The notes under the pieces were generated by a model. It saw only the letters and a list, made by a program, of their open reading frames with translations. It did no database searches and was not told the origin of the DNA. Both the position numbers and the translations under genes were made by a program. Positions 8,467-21,239 of a DNA stretch of 36,454 nucleotides are shown one piece after another. Origin of the DNA: an uncultured Thiotrichales bacterium. GTDB taxonomy: Bacteria; Pseudomonadota; Gammaproteobacteria; UBA4575. The stretch covers positions 1 to 36,454 of the forward strand of contig CAYXVH010000238.1 of the NCBI GenBank assembly GCA_964468615.1, written 5' to 3'. The first letter of the stretch is position 1. Every line of letters starts with the position of its first letter.

Positions 8467-11400
8467 ATGCTACGTAAATTATTCTTAAGTGGCTGGTATA
8501 TCCTGGTTGCGATTTTGGTATTGCTGGCGATAGTTGTCAGTGTCATACGTGGCTATCCTTCTATATATCAAAATTACCTGCCAGCAATTCAACAGAATAT
8601 TTCATCGATATTAGGTAAGCCGGTAACCGTAGACTCAATTCGTATTGACTGGTGCGGCATCACACCTCAAATAACCACGCGTAACTTATCTATTTTTGAA
8701 GATGATGACCAATATGATCAGCTTCTAAATGTGGATAAGGCAATTATTTCTATTAATACTTATAGAAGTATCGTGCGCAGAAAAGTAACGTTTGATGAAT
8801 TAACGTTTATTGGAGGAAATCTAGAAGCTATTCGAACTGCAGATGAAAGAATAATATTAAATGGAATTGATATTAGCGAAAGGTTAGCTGAGCGTAAAAA
8901 GCTAAATCAGAGTGATAAACTAAAAATTAATTTATTGAGTAGTTCAATTTCAATTATTGATGAAATAAAAAAATTAGACTACTTTTTTGATCATGTAGAT
9001 GTGGTGCTTAGATTTTCAGGTGATCACTTTAAAGTTTCTTCTAAGTTCATACTGCCGAAAACATTAGGTGATTCGCTTGTTTTAAGTGCAGATATTCGAG
9101 ACTTGGATAAAGGTTTTAAAAATATAAAAGGTAAGATTTATAGTAAGGGTGAGAACATTAATTTAGAGCTGCTGAATGATTTTTTCCCAAAACTTCAGGT
9201 TGGAATTAGCAAAGGTATTTCAGATTTTCAGGTGTGGGCTAATTTTAATTCTTTAAAGCAACGCACTTTCATAGGTAGATGGGGTCTGCATGATTTGGTT
9301 TATAAGGACGTAGAACTTGCAATAGCTAACACTATTATTAATGAAGAAATCGCTTCTATTGATACAGAATTTAGACTACAGGGAGATATTGAAGACTGGC
9401 AACTTGCGTTAAGTGATGTGAGTATTAAAACAGCCAGTCATGAATGGCCTGGAAAACAATATGAATTCAGCTGTGTAGATTGTGGTCAGCAAAATTTTAC
9501 CATTTCAGCGGCGTTGGATTATATGGATACAGATCAGTTGCTTTCTACCTTGCAGCATTTTCCTTTTGTTGTTGAGCGCTTAAATGATGTGCTAGAAAAA
9601 ATTGAAATTCATGGTGTGTTGAAAGCGTCACAACTATCAGCGCAATTTAATCAGAATCGACTAACAAAATATGCCTATAAGTCATCATTACAACAAGCAA
9701 ATATCTCCATTCCAGAGCAAGGCATTGCGGTTACTTCGATAGTGGGAGAAGTAACAGGTGATCACCGTAAGGGGGGTGTTAATTTAACTTGTGATTCCCT
9801 AGGTTTATTGATAGATAAAATTTTAAATCAGCCGCTGGATAATCAAAATATAAAAGGGATAGTAAATTGGCAGCACATTGACGGTAACATATTACTGGCA
9901 ATGCAAGAATTGATAGTGGAATCGAATGAAATGGTGGCAAATTTGCAAGGTGTGTTGCAAATTATTGAGAACAAGCCCTTTGTAGATATTCAAATAGAGA
10001 TTCCTTATGTGAAAGCCGAAACGATTAAGCAATATTTTCCATATAAGAGGCTGAAGCCAAAGCTTTCAAAATGGTTAAGCGAAAGCATCAAAGCAGGAAC
10101 GTTTAAAGATGGAAAAATATTATTTCATGGCAACCCAAAAAATTTCCCATTTAAAAATAAGCCCGGTCGGTTTGAGATTAGAGCAAATATTGAAGATGGT
10201 GTATTGGCCTATCGACCAAATTGGCCGATCGCAAGTAATATTATTGCTAATTTAGAAATTAAAAATAATTACCTAGAAGTAGATGTAAGCCAAGGAACGA
10301 TACTGGATTCGTCAATAAATCAGGTGCATGCACATATTGATGATTTAAAGTTACCAAGGTTAATGCTTAACGGTAGTGCAGCGGGGCCGGCCAATAATAT
10401 CCTGCAATATTTGCAACAATCTTCTATCCTTCCAGAGGATAGTAAAGTAATAAAACATATAACAGCTAGCGGAAATACTAAGCTTAATTTGGACCTTTCA
10501 TTAACGCTTACTAAAAAGTTAGAAAAGCAGATAATAGTAGGGGGTATCGTCGAGTTTAAAAATTCCGGGCTGATGGTAAATGCATTATCACTTCCATTTA
10601 CAGATCTAAATGGCAAGTTAAGATTTGATCAAAGTGGTGCTGAAGGTAGTGGCTTAAGTGCTAAGTTATATGGTGCGCCAATTATTGCTAATGCAAAAAA
10701 ATCAAATGATGGGCGTACATTGTTATCTGTTTCAGGTGATTTTGATCTAGATACTTATTTATCATCCAACTATACAAAGCTTAATAAGTATATTAAGGGT
10801 ATGGCGCCTGTTTCAGCACAAATCAATATCCCTCGTTTTGGAAAAAACAATACTGACAAAACATTGATGGTTAATGTCGATAGCGATTTGTATGGTGTGA
10901 CTACACTACTTCCTGAGCCATTCCAAAAAGCATTTGATGAGTCGAAGAATATTTCTATTCAAACTAAACATCCACATGGTTTAAATAGTGAAATATATTC
11001 CAGTTTTGAAAATCAAGTTTTTATGCAAGCTATTATCGATAAAAATACCAGCAAGTTATCTAGCATGGAGCTGCGTATGGGTAATCAGCAATTTAATTTA
11101 CCTGAAGAGGGTATAAAAATATCAGGAAGGATGAATAATCTTAACATTTCGGACTGGAGAAAGTTCATGCAGTCAGAGAAAGAGAAAACTTTTGAGATTA
11201 AAGAGGTTGATGTAATAGTAAATAGTGTGGTGCTTGGAGGATTAAATCTTGATAGTGTTGATTTTCGTGCTACTAAAAATAAACAGTTCTGGGTGGGTAA
11301 TATCATCTCGTCAGTAGCAAAAGGTAGTTTTGAATATCCTATTGATACAAAAAGCGGCAGTGTAGCTACTGCTAATTTTGATTATCTGCGGTTTAAGTCT

Positions 11401-12378
11401 AAACAAAAAAAGTTAACATCTCCAAAGTCTACTGACTTAGATCCACGAACTTTGCCTGCGCTAGTCGTTAATGCAAAAGAGTTCGAATATAAGGACGCTG
11501 TATTTAATAATGTTAGCTTAAAGACCAAGCCGTCAGTAAATGGTCTTACGATAGATTCATTGCAAGGTAATGGTCGAGAGTTACAAGTTTCTGCAAATGG
11601 CATATGGGCGGTTGATACAGAGAATCTGCAAGAAACAAAACTAACGATAACTTTGGTTTCACAAAATTTGCAAAATTCACTCGCAGGTTTAGGTTTTGGA
11701 AGCTCGGTAACGGGTGGAGAAGGTAGTGTGTCAGCTAACTTTGTGTGGCCTAAAGCACCTTACCAGTTTTCATTGGCATCTGTGACGGGTGATGCAGGCC
11801 TAAGGTTTAAGGACGGTGCTATTTCCTCTGTCGAACCAGGTGGTGCGGGGCGATTAGTCGGCTTATTTAATTTTGGTGAAATATCTAGACGTTTATCTTT
11901 AGACTTCACAGATTTTTTCTCCAAAGGCTACACTTTTGAAAAAATCCGTGGCGACTTGAAATTTAAAGATGCAAATTTAACGACCGAGAATTTAAGAATT
12001 AAAGGGCCCTCTGCAGATTTATTAATTCAAGGCCGTACCGGTATCGAAGCCCAAGATTACGATCAAGTAGTAACCGTGACTCCTCATGTAAGTGGAGGTT
12101 TACCCTGGATTGGTTTAGCGGTAGGCGGGCCATTAGGTGCAGTTGGGGTGCTCGTTGGTGAGAAAATTGCGAAATCTATTGGTGTGGATGTGAATAAAGT
12201 TACCGAAGCGAAATACACTATGAAGGGTAGCTGGCAAGAGCCCGTAATTGAACCAATGTCGCAAAAAATTGCAGAAAAAAATTCTGCTCCATATGTCCAA
12301 GATCAGCCGTCACCGGATTCAGCTTCTCAGGCAGCCCCAGTGCAAACGGGGCCAAACTCAAATCGTGTGACACCCTAG
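8467..12378 (+). CDS. yhdP: YhdP-family (AsmA-like) large envelope protein
   Basis: 1303 aa with a single N-terminal TM helix (WYILVAILVLLAIVVSVI) and a long predicted periplasmic body. Its position directly after rng matches the conserved maf-rng-yhdP arrangement. The family call rests on size, architecture and synteny. Confidence 0.82.
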   Translation: MLRKLFLSGWYILVAILVLLAIVVSVIRGYPSIYQNYLPAIQQNISSILGKPVTVDSIRIDWCGITPQITTRNLSIFEDDDQYDQLLNVDKAIISINTYRSIVRRKVTFDELTFIGGNLEAIRTADERIILNGIDISERLAERKKLNQSDKLKINLLSSSISIIDEIKKLDYFFDHVDVVLRFSGDHFKVSSKFILPKTLGDSLVLSADIRDLDKGFKNIKGKIYSKGENINLELLNDFFPKLQVGISKGISDFQVWANFNSLKQRTFIGRWGLHDLVYKDVELAIANTIINEEIASIDTEFRLQGDIEDWQLALSDVSIKTASHEWPGKQYEFSCVDCGQQNFTISAALDYMDTDQLLSTLQHFPFVVERLNDVLEKIEIHGVLKASQLSAQFNQNRLTKYAYKSSLQQANISIPEQGIAVTSIVGEVTGDHRKGGVNLTCDSLGLLIDKILNQPLDNQNIKGIVNWQHIDGNILLAMQELIVESNEMVANLQGVLQIIENKPFVDIQIEIPYVKAETIKQYFPYKRLKPKLSKWLSESIKAGTFKDGKILFHGNPKNFPFKNKPGRFEIRANIEDGVLAYRPNWPIASNIIANLEIKNNYLEVDVSQGTILDSSINQVHAHIDDLKLPRLMLNGSAAGPANNILQYLQQSSILPEDSKVIKHITASGNTKLNLDLSLTLTKKLEKQIIVGGIVEFKNSGLMVNALSLPFTDLNGKLRFDQSGAEGSGLSAKLYGAPIIANAKKSNDGRTLLSVSGDFDLDTYLSSNYTKLNKYIKGMAPVSAQINIPRFGKNNTDKTLMVNVDSDLYGVTTLLPEPFQKAFDESKNISIQTKHPHGLNSEIYSSFENQVFMQAIIDKNTSKLSSMELRMGNQQFNLPEEGIKISGRMNNLNISDWRKFMQSEKEKTFEIKEVDVIVNSVVLGGLNLDSVDFRATKNKQFWVGNIISSVAKGSFEYPIDTKSGSVATANFDYLRFKSKQKKLTSPKSTDLDPRTLPALVVNAKEFEYKDAVFNNVSLKTKPSVNGLTIDSLQGNGRELQVSANGIWAVDTENLQETKLTITLVSQNLQNSLAGLGFGSSVTGGEGSVSANFVWPKAPYQFSLASVTGDAGLRFKDGAISSVEPGGAGRLVGLFNFGEISRRLSLDFTDFFSKGYTFEKIRGDLKFKDANLTTENLRIKGPSADLLIQGRTGIEAQDYDQVVTVTPHVSGGLPWIGLAVGGPLGAVGVLVGEKIAKSIGVDVNKVTEAKYTMKGSWQEPVIEPMSQKIAEKNSAPYVQDQPSPDSASQAAPVQTGPNSNRVTP

Positions 12379-12493
12379 AAGCTCTTCACAGATTTGTATT
12401 AGTCGTTTACTTATATCTCTACTTTAATAGACAGGATTAATAGCAGGGTATGCGATACTACATCTATCATCAGCAAATTGGTTTTAAAGTATT

Positions 12494-13318
12494 TTGAGTA
12501 AAGTAGCAGCAATACAAATGGCTTCTGGACCTAATGTAGATGCAAATCTACATGAAGCGGGCCGGTTAATTTCTCAAGCAGCAGCAGCAGGTGCTGAACT
12601 AATCGTTCTTCCAGAAAAATTTGCCATTATGGGCATTGAAGAAAGTGACAAAATAGCAGTGCGTGAAGCGCATGGTAATGGGCCCATTCAAACTTTTTTA
12701 TCTGATCAAGCAAAGCAGCATAATGCGTGGATAGTGGGCGGTACGGTGCCGTTGGAGTGTGAAGATCCAAATAAAATTCTTGCAGCTTGCATGGTGTATG
12801 ACAATAAGGGAAAATTTGTTGAACGTTATGACAAGATTCATTTGTTTGATGTTGATTTGGTAGATACAGGTGAAAAGTATATCGAATCAGAAACCATTGA
12901 ATTTGGCAGCCTTGATTTAAAAGTAGTTGATTCACCATTTGGAAAAATTGGTTTGGCTGTTTGTTACGATTTGCGTTTCCCTGAATTATTTAGAGGTCTA
13001 TTAGATCTTGGTGCTGAGATTATAGTTTTGCCTGCTGCATTTACTGCAGCCACTGGTAGAGCACATTGGGAAAGTTTGCTTAGAGCGCGCGCAATTGAAA
13101 ACTTAATGTATGTTATTGCATCAGCTCAAGGTGGTTATCATTTAAATGGCCGTGCTACGCATGGTGATAGTATGATTGTCGATCCTTGGGGTGTAATTTT
13201 AAATCGTATTAACCATGGCGCGGGTTTTGCCCTTGCAGAAATTAATCTTGATTATTTGCAATCTAGACGAAAAACATTTCCGTGTATTCAGCACAGAAGA
13301 ATGAATCTAAAAAATTAA
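12494..13318 (+). CDS. Carbon-nitrogen hydrolase (nitrilase superfamily) protein
   Basis: 274 aa. The Glu-Lys-Cys triad contexts are present: VLPEKF, YDKIHLFD and LAVCYDLRFPE. The TTG start at 12494 is forced, because TAA at 12485-12487 is in frame and the conserved KVAAIQM strand precedes the first ATG. Confidence 0.9.
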   Translation: MSKVAAIQMASGPNVDANLHEAGRLISQAAAAGAELIVLPEKFAIMGIEESDKIAVREAHGNGPIQTFLSDQAKQHNAWIVGGTVPLECEDPNKILAACMVYDNKGKFVERYDKIHLFDVDLVDTGEKYIESETIEFGSLDLKVVDSPFGKIGLAVCYDLRFPELFRGLLDLGAEIIVLPAAFTAATGRAHWESLLRARAIENLMYVIASAQGGYHLNGRATHGDSMIVDPWGVILNRINHGAGFALAEINLDYLQSRRKTFPCIQHRRMNLKN

Positions 13319-13367
13319 TAATAAGTAATGAAATAGTTATTTACCTTTTCACTTTAGCACATACATT

Positions 13368-14810
13368 ATGCACAACCCTCTAGAGCTTGCTAAAAGCAGT
13401 ATCTTGGAACCCTCTGGCTTAGATGAATCTCATTTATCACAAGCCTTTTCGACATTATTAAATTCATCAGCAGATAGCGGCGATATTTATTTTCAAATGC
13501 GTAAGCATGAGGCGTGGTCATTAGAGGATGGCATTGTTAAAGATGCCAGTTACAACATAAGCCAAGGTGTTGGAATACGCGCAATCAAAGGTGATAAATC
13601 AGGTTTCGCTTATTCAGATGAAATTGTATTGCCGGCCTTATTAGAATCTTGTAAAGCTGCACGAGTAATTGCTAGAGGTAATCAAAACGGACAAGTGCAA
13701 ACTTGGAAATCTAATTCTGGTAATCAATTATACATGCCAGATAATCCATTAGATTCGATCACCGAAGCTGACAAAGTTAATTTATTGCGATCACTAGATA
13801 TTCTTGCACGTAAGCAAGACAATCGTATTAAGCAAGTCATGGCATCGATTGCGGGCACGCATGAAATAATTTTAGTTGCAAATAGTGATGGCTCAATGGC
13901 TGCAGATGTAAGGCCATTGGTTAGATTAAATGTTTCAGTAATTGTAGAAGATAAAGGTCGCTTGGAACAAGGCAGTGCAGGTGGTGGCGGTCGCGTAGGT
14001 TACGACGTTTTTACTCAAGAAAATCATGCGCATTCATATGTACATGAAGCGGTACGTATGGCTTTACTAAACTTAGAAGCTGTCGAAGCGCCAGCGGGTG
14101 AAATGGATATCGTCTTAGGTCCAGGTTGGCCAGGTGTATTGCTACATGAAGCGATAGGCCATGGTTTAGAGGGAGATTTCACTCGAAAAGAGACCTCTGC
14201 ATTTAGTGGTCGTATAGGCGAGCGAGTAGCAAGTAAAGGTGTAACCGTAGTGGATGACGGCACCTTGGAAAAACGTAGAGGTTCGCTAAATATTGATGAT
14301 GAAGGCACTACGACACAATGTACGACATTAATAGAAGATGGAATATTAAAAGGCTTTATGCAAGACAAGCTTAATGCAAAGCTTTCTAATACCGAACCAA
14401 CAGGTAATGGCAGACGTGAATCTTATGCGCATCTTCCAATGCCGCGTATGACCAATACCTATATGTTGGCTGGGGAGCATGATCCCGGTGAAATTATAAG
14501 TTCGGTTGATTCCGGTTTTTATGCGGTCAACTTTGGCGGTGGTCAAGTTGATATCACTTCTGGAAAATTTGTTTTTTCAGCATCCGAAGCATATTTAATT
14601 GAAAAAGGTAAGGTCACAAAACCAGTTAAAGGTGCAACTTTAATTGGCGATGGGCCTGATGTGCTTACACGCGTCAGTATGATCGGTAATGACTTAAAAT
14701 TAGATCAAGGCGTAGGCACTTGCGGAAAAGAAGGTCAAAGTGTGCCTGTAGGGGTTGGGCAACCCACTCTACGTATCGATGGCATCACGGTAGGCGGCAC
14801 CTCTCAATAA
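13368..14810 (+). CDS. tldD: Metalloprotease TldD
   Basis: 480 aa. Contains the [11 protein letters not shown] zinc-binding motif, is full length and is followed by pmbA. Confidence 0.95.
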   Translation: MHNPLELAKSSILEPSGLDESHLSQAFSTLLNSSADSGDIYFQMRKHEAWSLEDGIVKDASYNISQGVGIRAIKGDKSGFAYSDEIVLPALLESCKAARVIARGNQNGQVQTWKSNSGNQLYMPDNPLDSITEADKVNLLRSLDILARKQDNRIKQVMASIAGTHEIILVANSDGSMAADVRPLVRLNVSVIVEDKGRLEQGSAGGGGRVGYDVFTQENHAHSYVHEAVRMALLNLEAVEAPAGEMDIVLGPGWPGVLLHEAIGHGLEGDFTRKETSAFSGRIGERVASKGVTVVDDGTLEKRRGSLNIDDEGTTTQCTTLIEDGILKGFMQDKLNAKLSNTEPTGNGRRESYAHLPMPRMTNTYMLAGEHDPGEIISSVDSGFYAVNFGGGQVDITSGKFVFSASEAYLIEKGKVTKPVKGATLIGDGPDVLTRVSMIGNDLKLDQGVGTCGKEGQSVPVGVGQPTLRIDGITVGGTSQ

Positions 14811-14831
14811 TAAATAACTGTAATTACTTAA

Positions 14832-16169
14832 ATGAAAGTTCAACCGTCTCCATATACAAAAGACAAATTAGAAGACTTAGTGCAATCATGTTTAGCTGAG
14901 GCTAAACAGCAAGGTGCAACAAGTGCAGAAGCAAGTGTAAATATTGAGCATGGTCTCTCAGTTACTGCGCGTTTAGGTGAAGCAGAAACGTTAGAGCACC
15001 ATAATGATCGTGGTTTAGGTGTCACTATTTATATGGGTCAAAAGAAGGGTAGTGCTAGCACGACTAGTTTTGAGCCTTCAGCAATAAAAGATGCAGTAAC
15101 AGCAGCCTGCAAAATAGCTAGTTTTACTGAAGAAGATGATTGTGCAGGTTTGGCGGATGCCAAGCTTATGGCGACTAACATGCAAGATTTAGAGCTTGAC
15201 CATCCTTGGGGTATATCGCCAGAAGAAGCACTTGAGGTTGCGATAGAGTGTGAAAACGCCGCACGTGATGTTGATCAAATATCTAATTCAGAAGGTGCGT
15301 CATTAACTACTTCGCGTGGCACCACTATATACGCCAATTCACATGATTTTGTGGGCAGTTACAGCTCAACCCGACATAATTTATCTTGTGTTGTCATTGC
15401 AGAACAAGATGGCAACATGCAAAGAGATTATTGGTATTCAACTACACGTGATCCCCAGCATCTAGACTCTGCTGTGAGTATTGGCCAAAAAGCGGCAGAG
15501 CGAACCGTAAGCCGACTTGGCTCACGTAAAATATCTACGCAAACTACACCGGTAATTTTTGAAGCTAATATGGCACAATCATTGTTATCGCATTTTGTCT
15601 CTGCGGTTAGTGGTGGTTCTTTATATCGTAAAGCCTCGTTCCTAATTGATCACCTAGATAAGCAGGTTTTTTCAGATTCCATTACGATCACTGAAGATCC
15701 ATTTATTAGAAGTGGCTTTGGTAGTAGCTCGTTTGATATGGAAGGAGTAGCAACAAAAGCACGCACATTAGTTGAAAGTGGTGTGTTGAAAGGCTATGTC
15801 TTAAGTAGCTATTCAGCTAGAAAATTAGCTATGCAAACTACCGGTAATGCAGGTGGAGTGCATAATTTAGAGTTGCAAGCAGGCGAGAAAAATTTAGATC
15901 AACTGGTTAAGCAGATGCAAAAAGGTTTGTTAATAACGGAGTTGATTGGCCATGGTGTGAATACGGTAACGGGCGACTATTCGCGTGGTGCCGTAGGTTA
16001 TTGGGTTGAGGGTGGTGAAATACAATATCCAGTAGATGAGATTACGATTGCTGGAAATTTAAAGGATATGTATCAAAAAATTGTTGAAGTTGGAAATGAT
16101 GTGGACCGACGTAGTAATATTATCACGCCGTCATTGCTAATCGATAACATGATGGTTGCAGGCAGTTAA
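14832..16169 (+). CDS. pmbA: Metalloprotease PmbA (TldE)
   Basis: 445 aa PmbA/TldD-family protein lacking the HExxxH motif. The C-terminus has GDYSRGAVGYWVEGGEIQYPV, typical of PmbA, and the gene is adjacent to tldD. Confidence 0.92.
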   Translation: MKVQPSPYTKDKLEDLVQSCLAEAKQQGATSAEASVNIEHGLSVTARLGEAETLEHHNDRGLGVTIYMGQKKGSASTTSFEPSAIKDAVTAACKIASFTEEDDCAGLADAKLMATNMQDLELDHPWGISPEEALEVAIECENAARDVDQISNSEGASLTTSRGTTIYANSHDFVGSYSSTRHNLSCVVIAEQDGNMQRDYWYSTTRDPQHLDSAVSIGQKAAERTVSRLGSRKISTQTTPVIFEANMAQSLLSHFVSAVSGGSLYRKASFLIDHLDKQVFSDSITITEDPFIRSGFGSSSFDMEGVATKARTLVESGVLKGYVLSSYSARKLAMQTTGNAGGVHNLELQAGEKNLDQLVKQMQKGLLITELIGHGVNTVTGDYSRGAVGYWVEGGEIQYPVDEITIAGNLKDMYQKIVEVGNDVDRRSNIITPSLLIDNMMVAGS

Positions 16170-16176
16170 TATCTGA

Positions 16177-16926
16177 TTATTTATTATTATTCAACCACTT
16201 CACGCCAGTAATTTGAATAGAGACATCTAGTTTTTCATTTTCAAATTTATCTAACTTAACTGGTATATAATTCAGTTTTTCTGCGTACCATCCTAGGTAA
16301 GTAGTTTTTTTATCATTATCTTTTTTGCGTACATATTTATTTGCGTTAAACTTTCCGGCTTTAGTTTCAATTAATTCAGTAGTTTCTAGTTGATATTTAT
16401 ATTCTTTTAGTCTGCCTTTAGAGATTACCGAGTAGATATTGATAGAAGTGTCTGCATCCGGTTTGCGCATCAATAATAATTGAGCAGAGTAGTTATCAAA
16501 GGTGTTTTCAGGGACGTCTAATTCATTACTCTTGTCTTTGTATTTAACTGCAGCCTTATTGTTATTCCAATCAAAAACATAATGTTCGTTTCGATCTTTA
16601 TCGCTATTTTTCATTTTATGGGTAAATTCGACGGTATGGTAGTTATTATCGATTAATTTTAAAACCGCACGATCAGTAACTACTTGATCGCCGAGAAATA
16701 GCGCAGCCATGCCAACAGGCTTGGTAATCGATTCATAAATCAGTTCATCACCAACTTTTTTCAGGCTTACATCCATTTTGCCAACACGCATTGAGCCTTT
16801 ATGGACATCGTAAGTGGCTTCAAATTCTGGCGGTAGATTGCTTTCGTTGAGAATCGAACTTGAATTACTCCAAGCAGGCTGGGCCAAGATACATATAGCA
16901 ATAAGCAAAAAAATTATTTTTTTCAT
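16177..16926 (-). CDS. Secreted DUF3108-like protein
   Basis: 249 aa with an N-terminal signal peptide (MKKIIFLLIAICILAQPAWS). Its position immediately downstream of purN is where I recall DUF3108 proteins in other gammaproteobacteria. The family call is from memory and context only. Confidence 0.6.
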   Translation of the reverse strand: MKKIIFLLIAICILAQPAWSNSSSILNESNLPPEFEATYDVHKGSMRVGKMDVSLKKVGDELIYESITKPVGMAALFLGDQVVTDRAVLKLIDNNYHTVEFTHKMKNSDKDRNEHYVFDWNNNKAAVKYKDKSNELDVPENTFDNYSAQLLLMRKPDADTSINIYSVISKGRLKEYKYQLETTELIETKAGKFNANKYVRKKDNDKKTTYLGWYAEKLNYIPVKLDKFENEKLDVSIQITGVKWLNNNK

Positions 16927-16936
16927 TGGGGATCTT

Positions 16937-17620
16937 CTATCTTAAAAGAGCTTCATGTTCCGGTGAAAGTAATAGTGCTTGGTTGAGCGGTGAATGATCA
17001 AAGTGAATTTTTCCAGCTTTTAGCTTTAGGCGTTTATCGCAAAACCACTTTACTGCTAGTGGGTAGATGATGTGTTCTTTCTCTAATACGCGTGCTGCTA
17101 AAGTTTCTGCGCTATCTGTTTTTTCTACATTTACCTTTGCTTGAATTACTAACGGCCCTCCATCTAGTTCTGCAGTAACAAAATGTACTGAACAGCCATG
17201 TTCACTATCTCCGGCTTCTATGGCGCGTGCATGAGCGCGTAACCCCGGGTGTTTGGGTAATAAGGAAGGATGAATATTTAAAATATTCCCTTGATACTCA
17301 TCTATAAGAGTTGGGCTAAGAACACGCATAAACCCTGCCAAAACAATTAGCTTAATATTATAGACCGCTAGAGTTTTAACGAGTTCCGCATCAAACTCTT
17401 CACGAGAAGTGTAGCTATTATGCTCGATGATATGAGTGGGAATATTTGCTCTTTGTGCGCGAACTAGTCCGTATGCATCTGACTTATTGCTGATTACGCA
17501 AGCGATACTGGCATTAATATGATTTTGTTCGACATGGTTAATGATCGATTGCAAGTTGCTACCGCCGCCGGAAATGAGAACAGCTATCTTGCAAGTTTGT
17601 TCTGGTTCGGTTTTTGGCAC
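16937..17620 (-). CDS. purN: Phosphoribosylglycinamide formyltransferase
   Basis: Contains KIAVLISGGGSNLQ, NIHPSLLP and the formyltransferase core. The ORF-track start (17674) is a TTG that overlaps purM by 50 nt. I prefer GTG at 17620-17618, 4 nt after the purM stop, which gives a normal N-terminus. The start is uncertain. Confidence 0.9.
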   Translation of the reverse strand: MPKTEPEQTCKIAVLISGGGSNLQSIINHVEQNHINASIACVISNKSDAYGLVRAQRANIPTHIIEHNSYTSREEFDAELVKTLAVYNIKLIVLAGFMRVLSPTLIDEYQGNILNIHPSLLPKHPGLRAHARAIEAGDSEHGCSVHFVTAELDGGPLVIQAKVNVEKTDSAETLAARVLEKEHIIYPLAVKWFCDKRLKLKAGKIHFDHSPLNQALLLSPEHEALLR

Positions 17621-17624
17621 AGTT

Positions 17625-18650
17625 TTACTGTAGAGATATCTTTTGATCTGAAGGCGACTTTTTAATTTCGCCAATTTTCACAGCCTGGTGACTGCTTTCT
17701 TGGCTGAGCTTAATCGCTTCTTTTGCTTGATCTTCAGGTAGTACAACTAACATGCCCATACCGCAGTTAAATACCCTTAACATTTCTTCATTTTCAACTT
17801 GGCCCATTTTTTGTAACCAATCAAATACTGTAGAACGTTTCCAACTATTTGTATCAATCTCTGCAAGAAAACCGTCTGGAATTACACGTGGAACATTTTC
17901 TGTTAGTCCACCACCAGTTATATGACATAAGCCATGAATATCAAACTTATCTATTAGGGATAAAACGATATTGGTATAAATAATGGTGGGCTGTAAGAGT
18001 AATTCGCCTAAGTTTTTACCATCAATCATTTCATCTAGTGAAGTATTGGTGGTTTCGATGATCTTGTTAACTAGAGAAAATCCATTGGAGTGAATGCCGC
18101 TGGAGGGTAGGCCTATAATTACATCACCATCATGGATCTTACTGCCATCAATCAATTTGCTACGTTCTACTACTCCAACGCAAAATCCTGCAAGGTCATA
18201 TTCGCCTGCGTCATACATTCCGGGCATTTCTGCGGTCTCGCCTCCGATCAATGCTGCGCCAGATTGCCGGCATCCTTCAGCGATGCCTTCGACAACAACT
18301 CGAGCTGCGTCGACGGATAGTTTGCCGGTAGCAAAGTAGTCTAAGAAGAATAGAGGTTCTGCACCTTGCACAATGACGTCATTTACGCACATTGCGACCA
18401 AATCGATGCCGATGGTGACGTGTTGCTTAAGTTGTTGGGCTAAGCGTAATTTGGTGCCGACACCATCCGTTCCAGAGACTAAAATAGGCTCCTGATATTT
18501 ATCTTGTTGCAGTGCAAACAGGCCGCCAAAGCCACCAATGCTAGACATGACCTCAGGCCGGTGGGTAGAGCGTATCGCCGGTTTGATGAGATCAACGAGT
18601 TTATTTCCAGCATCAATATCGACACCAGCGTTTTTGTAGCTAAGACCCAT
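17625..18650 (-). CDS. purM: Phosphoribosylformylglycinamidine cyclo-ligase (AIR synthetase)
   Basis: 341 aa. Contains [24 protein letters not shown] and GGETAEMPG motifs, and forms a purM-purN operon. Confidence 0.96.
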   Translation of the reverse strand: MGLSYKNAGVDIDAGNKLVDLIKPAIRSTHRPEVMSSIGGFGGLFALQQDKYQEPILVSGTDGVGTKLRLAQQLKQHVTIGIDLVAMCVNDVIVQGAEPLFFLDYFATGKLSVDAARVVVEGIAEGCRQSGAALIGGETAEMPGMYDAGEYDLAGFCVGVVERSKLIDGSKIHDGDVIIGLPSSGIHSNGFSLVNKIIETTNTSLDEMIDGKNLGELLLQPTIIYTNIVLSLIDKFDIHGLCHITGGGLTENVPRVIPDGFLAEIDTNSWKRSTVFDWLQKMGQVENEEMLRVFNCGMGMLVVLPEDQAKEAIKLSQESSHQAVKIGEIKKSPSDQKISLQ

Positions 18651-18887
18651 TTATTTATTAACTTAAGTGTGTGTTGTAACTAATTGAAATTATTGCATTC
18701 GAATGAAGTATTCAATCTCAGTATAGAGTTGCTTAGAATTACCATTGCTTCGTTATTCGGTTACTTATACCATCAGAATGATAATAATAATAAGCATTTT
18801 TAATTGTATATAAACGCGGACCGTATTGTCGTCCGGTAAACTGTATTACACGGTGAATTGTATTACATAGTGGAGTTAAGACATAAC

Positions 18888-19442
18888 ATGTCTTATTGGA
18901 GATTTATACCAAATCTGATTACCTTGGTGCGCTTTGCTGCGGTGCCTCTGCTTGTGTGGTGGTTGTTTGATAACCAATTTAATAATGCCTTATTACTGTT
19001 TCTCCTAATGGGTCTGTCTGATGCCTTAGATGGGTATCTCGCAAGATCCTTTAATTGGAAGACCACTTTGGGGTCGTATCTAGATCCTGCGGCCGATAAG
19101 GTCATGCTAATTAGTTCGTATATAGCTTTGGGTGCTTTAAACTTATTGCCACATTGGCTGGTATTGATTGTAATCATGCGCGATGTAGCCTTGCTTTCCG
19201 GCGCAGTCTCTTATTTATCGATGACTAGACGTTTAGAAATAGAGCCAAGCTTAATCAGCAAATTCAATACATTTGTGCAAATCTTACTAGTACTCGCGGT
19301 TGTCTATAGTCAAATAAAAGCTTTCCCAGTGATTATTATCCAAACCCTTATTGGGCTAACTTTATTTACGGCCATTGCAAGTGGATATGACTATTTTGTT
19401 GAAGAACGCTCGAGACGAGCAGCAAAACATTCCAGTAAGTAA
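18888..19442 (+). CDS. CDP-alcohol phosphatidyltransferase family protein
   Basis: Contains the motif DALDGYLARSFNWKTTLGSYLDPAADK, matching D-x2-D-G-x2-A-R...G-x3-D-x3-D, plus multiple hydrophobic helices. The ORF-track start at 18858 is a TTG. ATG at 18888 (MSYWRFIPNLITLVR) with GGAG upstream is more plausible. Confidence 0.85.
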   Translation: MSYWRFIPNLITLVRFAAVPLLVWWLFDNQFNNALLLFLLMGLSDALDGYLARSFNWKTTLGSYLDPAADKVMLISSYIALGALNLLPHWLVLIVIMRDVALLSGAVSYLSMTRRLEIEPSLISKFNTFVQILLVLAVVYSQIKAFPVIIIQTLIGLTLFTAIASGYDYFVEERSRRAAKHSSK

Positions 19443-19474
19443 GCGTAAGCTCTTACCGTTTTTTATAAACTTGA

Positions 19475-21125
<1,651 letters not shown>

Positions 21126-21239
21126 TACGGCTTTTTCTCCTGTATAAATCCGGTTATATTTAGTCGGTCTAAAATAGACTAGTATTAAATTTGATTATAT
21201 AGACCAATATAATAAAGCAATTGGGTTTCTAAGTTTTAA

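Noticed and set aside
12494-16169. The nitrilase-family, TldD and PmbA genes considered as a possible peptide-maturation or novel processing system
   Set aside because: The arrangement rng-yhdP-nit-tldD with pmbA nearby is a widely conserved housekeeping neighbourhood in gammaproteobacteria. No precursor peptide, transporter or immunity gene is adjacent.
18651-18760. Expected PurR operator upstream of purM
   Set aside because: No sequence resembling ACGCAAACGTTTGCGT is present in the purM upstream region, so no call is made.
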